A stretch of 64,000 nucleotides of DNA from an uncultured Rhodospirillales bacterium (lineage in GTDB: Bacteria > Pseudomonadota > Alphaproteobacteria > UBA9219 > RGZA01): the NCBI GenBank assembly GCA_964568585.1, contig CAZMQI010000001.1:449-64448 (forward strand). The letters are read 5' to 3'. The notes under the pieces are model-generated. The model was not told the DNA's origin, ran no database searches, and was given only the letters and a program-made list of their open reading frames with translations. The position numbers and the translations under genes were made by a program. Positions 60,937-64,000 of the stretch are shown piece after piece (the first letter of the stretch is position 1; each line of letters starts with the position of its first letter).

Positions 60937-62460
60937 TTAGTCTTTTGGCAGCGGACGCAAGGTTGGAAATGCAATCACTTCGCGAATGGTCGGGCTGTCG
61001 GTCATCAACATCACCAGACGGTCAATCCCGATACCAAGGCCACCCATCGGCGGCATACCGAACGCCATCGCCTTCAAGAACTCCTCATCGACAGGATGCG
61101 CTTCGGCATTACCCGTATCGCGCTGTGCGGATTGATGTTCAAAGTTCTTGCGCTGTTCGCGCGGATCATTCAATTCGCTGAACGCATTGGCAATTTCCCA
61201 GCCATTTACGTAGGTTTCAAAGCGTTGAGCCACATGTGGCTTATCGGGATATGCCTTGGCCAGCGGGGAGATTTCCTTTGGCAAATCCATCACATGCACG
61301 GGCTGGATAAGCTTTTCTTCAACCTTCGCGCCGAATACGGCTTCAACAATCTGTCCCCAGTTTGATTTAGGGTCAGTTGGCACTTTCAGTTTTTGTGCTT
61401 CGGCACGCGCCGCTTCTACTGTCGGAAATTCGTGGAAATCAACGCCCGTATGTTCCTTGATGAGATCAAAGATGGATGCGCGGCGGAAAGGCGGCGTGAA
61501 ATCAATCTCCATATCATTGAAAATGCATTTGGTCGAACCATGAATAAGGCGGCACGCATCAGCAGCCAGATTTTCGGTAAGCACCATCATCGCTTCGAAA
61601 TCGACATAAGCTTGATAGATTTCGATGGAAGTAAATTCCGGATTATGCCGCGGGCTGATGCCTTCGTTACGGAAGATACGGCCAATTTCATAGACTTTCT
61701 CCGAGAGTCCGCCAATCACCAACCGCTTTAAATGCAATTCGGTCGCGATACGCAGATACAAAGGGATATCAAGCGCGTTGTGATGCGTATTAAATGGTTT
61801 TGCCAACGCACCGCCTGCAACATTGTGCAAAATGGGAGTTTCAACTTCTAGAAATCCGGCATCGTCCAAGGTACGGCGCATCGCGGAAATAATACGGAAG
61901 CGCGCGCGCAAGGTTTCACGCGCTTTATCATTCGCAACCAAATCCTGTTCGCGGTGACGATAACGAAATTCAGTATCCTTCAGCCCATGATATTTTTCAG
62001 GGGGCGGTTCTAATGCCTTGGCAAGCACAACCAGCTTGGTCGCATCCACCGTCAATTCACCACGTGGCGTTCGGCGGACAATACCTTCCACGCCGATGAT
62101 GTCACCAAGATCGAGCAGCTTTAACAGCTTCAATACTGCTTCTGGTGTTTCTTTCAGATTATGGAATACCTGAATACGACCGCTATCATCCAGCAAGTCG
62201 ATGAACATGCCGTTATTGCGAATGGCCATCGCGCGGCCTGCAATCTTGACCGAGACATCGGTCTTTTCGCCATTGGCAAGATGTTCGTACTGCTTCTTCA
62301 AACCCGCAGCATTAGCGTTTTTATCAAAACGCGTTATATCAAATGGATTGCCGTAATCCTTCGTCATCTCCGCCAGCTTATGGGCGCGCTGCGCCAGCAA
62401 ATCATTATCAGCAGGCGGCGGTGGTAATGCGGTGGGGTCTGTTTTTTTAGCGTCTTGCAT
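60937..62460 (-). CDS. lysS: Lysyl-tRNA synthetase (class II)
   Basis: OB-fold anticodon-binding N-terminus and class II motifs (…FRNEGISPRHNPEFTSIE…, …GGLGIGIDRLVM…). Confidence 0.95.
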   Translation of the reverse strand: MQDAKKTDPTALPPPPADNDLLAQRAHKLAEMTKDYGNPFDITRFDKNANAAGLKKQYEHLANGEKTDVSVKIAGRAMAIRNNGMFIDLLDDSGRIQVFHNLKETPEAVLKLLKLLDLGDIIGVEGIVRRTPRGELTVDATKLVVLAKALEPPPEKYHGLKDTEFRYRHREQDLVANDKARETLRARFRIISAMRRTLDDAGFLEVETPILHNVAGGALAKPFNTHHNALDIPLYLRIATELHLKRLVIGGLSEKVYEIGRIFRNEGISPRHNPEFTSIEIYQAYVDFEAMMVLTENLAADACRLIHGSTKCIFNDMEIDFTPPFRRASIFDLIKEHTGVDFHEFPTVEAARAEAQKLKVPTDPKSNWGQIVEAVFGAKVEEKLIQPVHVMDLPKEISPLAKAYPDKPHVAQRFETYVNGWEIANAFSELNDPREQRKNFEHQSAQRDTGNAEAHPVDEEFLKAMAFGMPPMGGLGIGIDRLVMLMTDSPTIREVIAFPTLRPLPKD

Positions 62461-62547
62461 CAGTGTCTTTCATCATAAAAAAGCGTCATGCCTGTTTGCG
62501 TAAGTCGCGGCAGGCATGACGCCCGTAATGACAATGTGATTTCCGGT

Positions 62548-63111
62548 TTAGTGGTGTGCTGCAGCGTTTGGATCCGCAATAGGTGCGGCTTCCTTCTTGC
62601 TGCTTTCCATGGTCTTCATTGCTTTGCGTGCTGCTCTATCCTTGCTTGCCTGCTGGCGGATTTTTGCCATAAGGATGGAACGCTGTTCTTTGTTCAGCTT
62701 GCTGATTTCAGCCATGATATTCTTGATGGTGTCTTGCTCCGCGGTTTTCAAACGGTCATAGCGCTCACCTAAGCGGCCTTCGGCCTTTTTCTTCATTTCT
62801 TCTTTTTGCTCAGGTGTCATCTTCTTCCAGCGGTCGCGCATCTTGCCAACTGATTTTTCAGTTGGCTTTGCGGTCACAGTTTTTGCTGGTTCTGCCTTTG
62901 GGGTTTCAACCTTTGCTGGCTCTGCTGCTGGCGCTTCGACTTTTGGTGCTTCCGGTGTCGCCACAGTTGGAACTGCTGCATGTGGCTCTGGCGCTGTTGG
63001 TGCTGGAGCCGCAGATGGCGTTGCTACAGCAGGCGCTTCGGCAAATGCTGGCACTGCGAACAATGCCAGAAAACCGAATAATGCCATTGAGAGAGATGCG
63101 GAACGCAGCAT
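62548..63111 (-). CDS. Secreted hypothetical protein with Pro/Ala/Glu/Lys-rich repeat region and basic helical C-terminal domain
   Basis: Signal peptide (…LALFAVPAFA|EAP). Repeats (…APKVEAPAAEPAKVETPKAEPAK…). C-terminal …MTPEQKEEMKKKAEGRLGERYDRL… helical region. No family assigned. Confidence 0.4.
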   Translation of the reverse strand: MLRSASLSMALFGFLALFAVPAFAEAPAVATPSAAPAPTAPEPHAAVPTVATPEAPKVEAPAAEPAKVETPKAEPAKTVTAKPTEKSVGKMRDRWKKMTPEQKEEMKKKAEGRLGERYDRLKTAEQDTIKNIMAEISKLNKEQRSILMAKIRQQASKDRAARKAMKTMESSKKEAAPIADPNAAAHH

Positions 63112-63179
63112 TGATAACCTCTTGAAAGGAAGGAACGAAAAGACGACGCGCCAATCATAGTGGGGTGTTTTAGCGTTGT

Positions 63180-63761
63180 CTACACAGGAACAATCACTTC
63201 TTTTTCAGTAATGATGACATCCATTCGTTGGTCGAATTTGCCAAGCGGAACAGCATCGACCTCCTGCACGGCATAGGCAAGCCCGGCCGCGATAATGGTC
63301 TTTTTCGCACGGAGGCTTTGTAAGGTAGCATCGTAATATCCGCCGCCATACCCAAGACGCGCCCCCGTACGATCGAATGCCAGCAATGGGCAAAGCACGA
63401 TGTCTGGTTCGCATATCGGCTGCGTTTCAGATGGCACGCCGATATTCCATACATGCGGCACCAGCGTATCGCCCATTTTATAGGCACGAAAGACCAACGG
63501 CGTTGCGCGTTCATTAGTGATGGGCAAGCATAACCGATGCCCTCGCTTCTCCAACGCTTGCATCAGGATGATTGGATCTAATTCATCCTTAATCGAGGAT
63601 GTTCCGGCAACCACCAGCTTTGGGTCCAAATCAGGGAAATGGTTCAGAAAATTATCACAGATTTTTTGTGCAGCATCGGGGCTTTGCTGCCCTGCCCCAG
63701 CCCGCAAATTCGCATGAACATACTCACGCAGTTTTTTCTTCAATGCTTTGAGATCAGGCAT
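63180..63761 (-). CDS. ygfA: 5-formyltetrahydrofolate cyclo-ligase
   Basis: …LKKKLREY… N-terminus and C-terminal …RLGYGGGYYD… signature. Start trimmed to MPDLKALKK… (63761). Confidence 0.8.
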   Translation of the reverse strand: MPDLKALKKKLREYVHANLRAGAGQQSPDAAQKICDNFLNHFPDLDPKLVVAGTSSIKDELDPIILMQALEKRGHRLCLPITNERATPLVFRAYKMGDTLVPHVWNIGVPSETQPICEPDIVLCPLLAFDRTGARLGYGGGYYDATLQSLRAKKTIIAAGLAYAVQEVDAVPLGKFDQRMDVIITEKEVIVPV

Positions 63762-63784
63762 GGCACGCGCATAAATAAATAAAG

Positions 63785-63948
63785 CGGAAGTGGCCACACA
63801 ATCGTTAGTACAGTGTATCCCTCACGGCCTGTTGGTACAGGTGGGAACCATATAACAAGACCACGGCCTTGCCAGAGACAGTCCCCTAGAGGTTTTAATT
63901 ATGGGCCCTGGGGATGATTGACCTCTCGAACAGCACAGCACACTTCCG
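63785..63948 (-). ncRNA. ssrS: Candidate 6S RNA (ssrS) / long structured leader transcribed upstream of the 5-FCL gene
   Basis: Minus-strand sigma70-like promoter (TTGATA-N18-TATAAT at 63983-63954) predicts a TSS near 63947, ~185 nt before the ygfA ATG. The 5' end CGGAAGUG is perfectly complementary to CACUUCCG ~150 nt downstream (63785-63792), forming a closing stem around a ~165-nt region with internal GC stems. ssrS-ygfA linkage is conserved in proteobacteria. Confidence 0.3.
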
Positions 63949-63953
63949 AGGGT

Positions 63954-63983
63954 ATTATAGCACATCCGGCTAGTGGCTATCAA
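63954..63983 (-). promoter_or_regulatory. Sigma70-type promoter (TTGATA-N18-TATAAT) reading toward the 5-FCL gene
   Basis: Reverse complement of 63954-63983 reads TTGATAgccactagccggatgtgcTATAAT. Confidence 0.5.
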
Positions 63984-64000
63984 TCCTTGCGGCGATGCCA

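Noticed and set aside
62814-63160. Plus-strand 103- and 105-aa ORFs antisense to the PA-rich secreted protein
   Set aside because: Mirror low-complexity (Leu/Ala-rich) ORFs. The minus-strand gene has a proper signal peptide, so it was kept instead.
1-64000. CRISPR arrays, IS elements, integrases or prophage blocks
   Set aside because: No regularly spaced direct repeats and no transposase-, integrase- or phage-like ORFs. The single tRNA (Pro) is flanked by cutA and a MerR gene, not by an integrase.

Overview
This 64 kb window looks like alphaproteobacterial chromosomal backbone at roughly 50% GC, judged by eye. I could not identify any transposase, integrase, phage gene, CRISPR array or rRNA. 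Most of the window is housekeeping.

DNA repair: phr photolyase, sdhE-mfd, recG, uvrB, uvrC.

Translation: rpmG (57 aa, missed by the >=60 aa ORF track), rlmJ, rplM-rpsI, rpmF, a minus-strand tRNA-Pro(GGG), tyrS, gltX, cysS, lysS, tsaC/sua5 and a TrmJ-like methyltransferase.

Lipid synthesis: rpmF-plsX-fabH and pgsA.

Cell envelope: an ldtD/ycbB-like L,D-transpeptidase next to a Tat-secreted DUF882/DpaA-like gene, anmK divergent from tyrS, bamE, an AsmA/YhdP-like giant protein, an SLT-domain protein, an autotransporter-type outer-membrane barrel and sppA.

Transport and metabolism: kup, amt, cyclophilin, bcp, a GlcD-like FAD oxidase, a large acyl-CoA dehydrogenase, argC, cutA, ihfA plus a MerR regulator, cysteine desulfurase plus an HscB-like co-chaperone, 5-formyl-THF cyclo-ligase, and yceD / Cbp3-like / bamE.

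The parts not explained by this backbone are:
1. A visibly lower-GC orphan PP-loop (SGGIDS) ATPase-like ORF at 35183-36079. A 27-codon hydrophobic peptide ORF with a strong SD converges on it. Next to that sits a TM-less protein with a truncated chemoreceptor signalling tip fused to a Cache-like domain, divergent from amt.
2. A 585-aa proline-rich orphan protein at 20312-22069.
3. A second YcbB-type L,D-transpeptidase catalytic-domain protein with no signal peptide at 24546-26006.
4. A canonical CtrA-type box (TTAA-N7-TTAAC) between ldtD and the DpaA-like gene, and a related palindrome upstream of the second Ldt paralog.
5. An iscS-hscB minimal pair in which HscB has HPD replaced by HAE and carries an N-terminal CxxC...CxxC finger.
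6. Bcp with a histone-H1-like Lys/Ala-rich N-terminal tail.
7. A sigma70-type promoter driving a ~165-nt leader upstream of the 5-FCL gene, consistent with a 6S RNA (ssrS-ygfA arrangement).
8. An orphan type IV prepilin gene.

All calls rest on reading the translated ORFs and the DNA by eye. No searches, GC computations or RNA folds were run.
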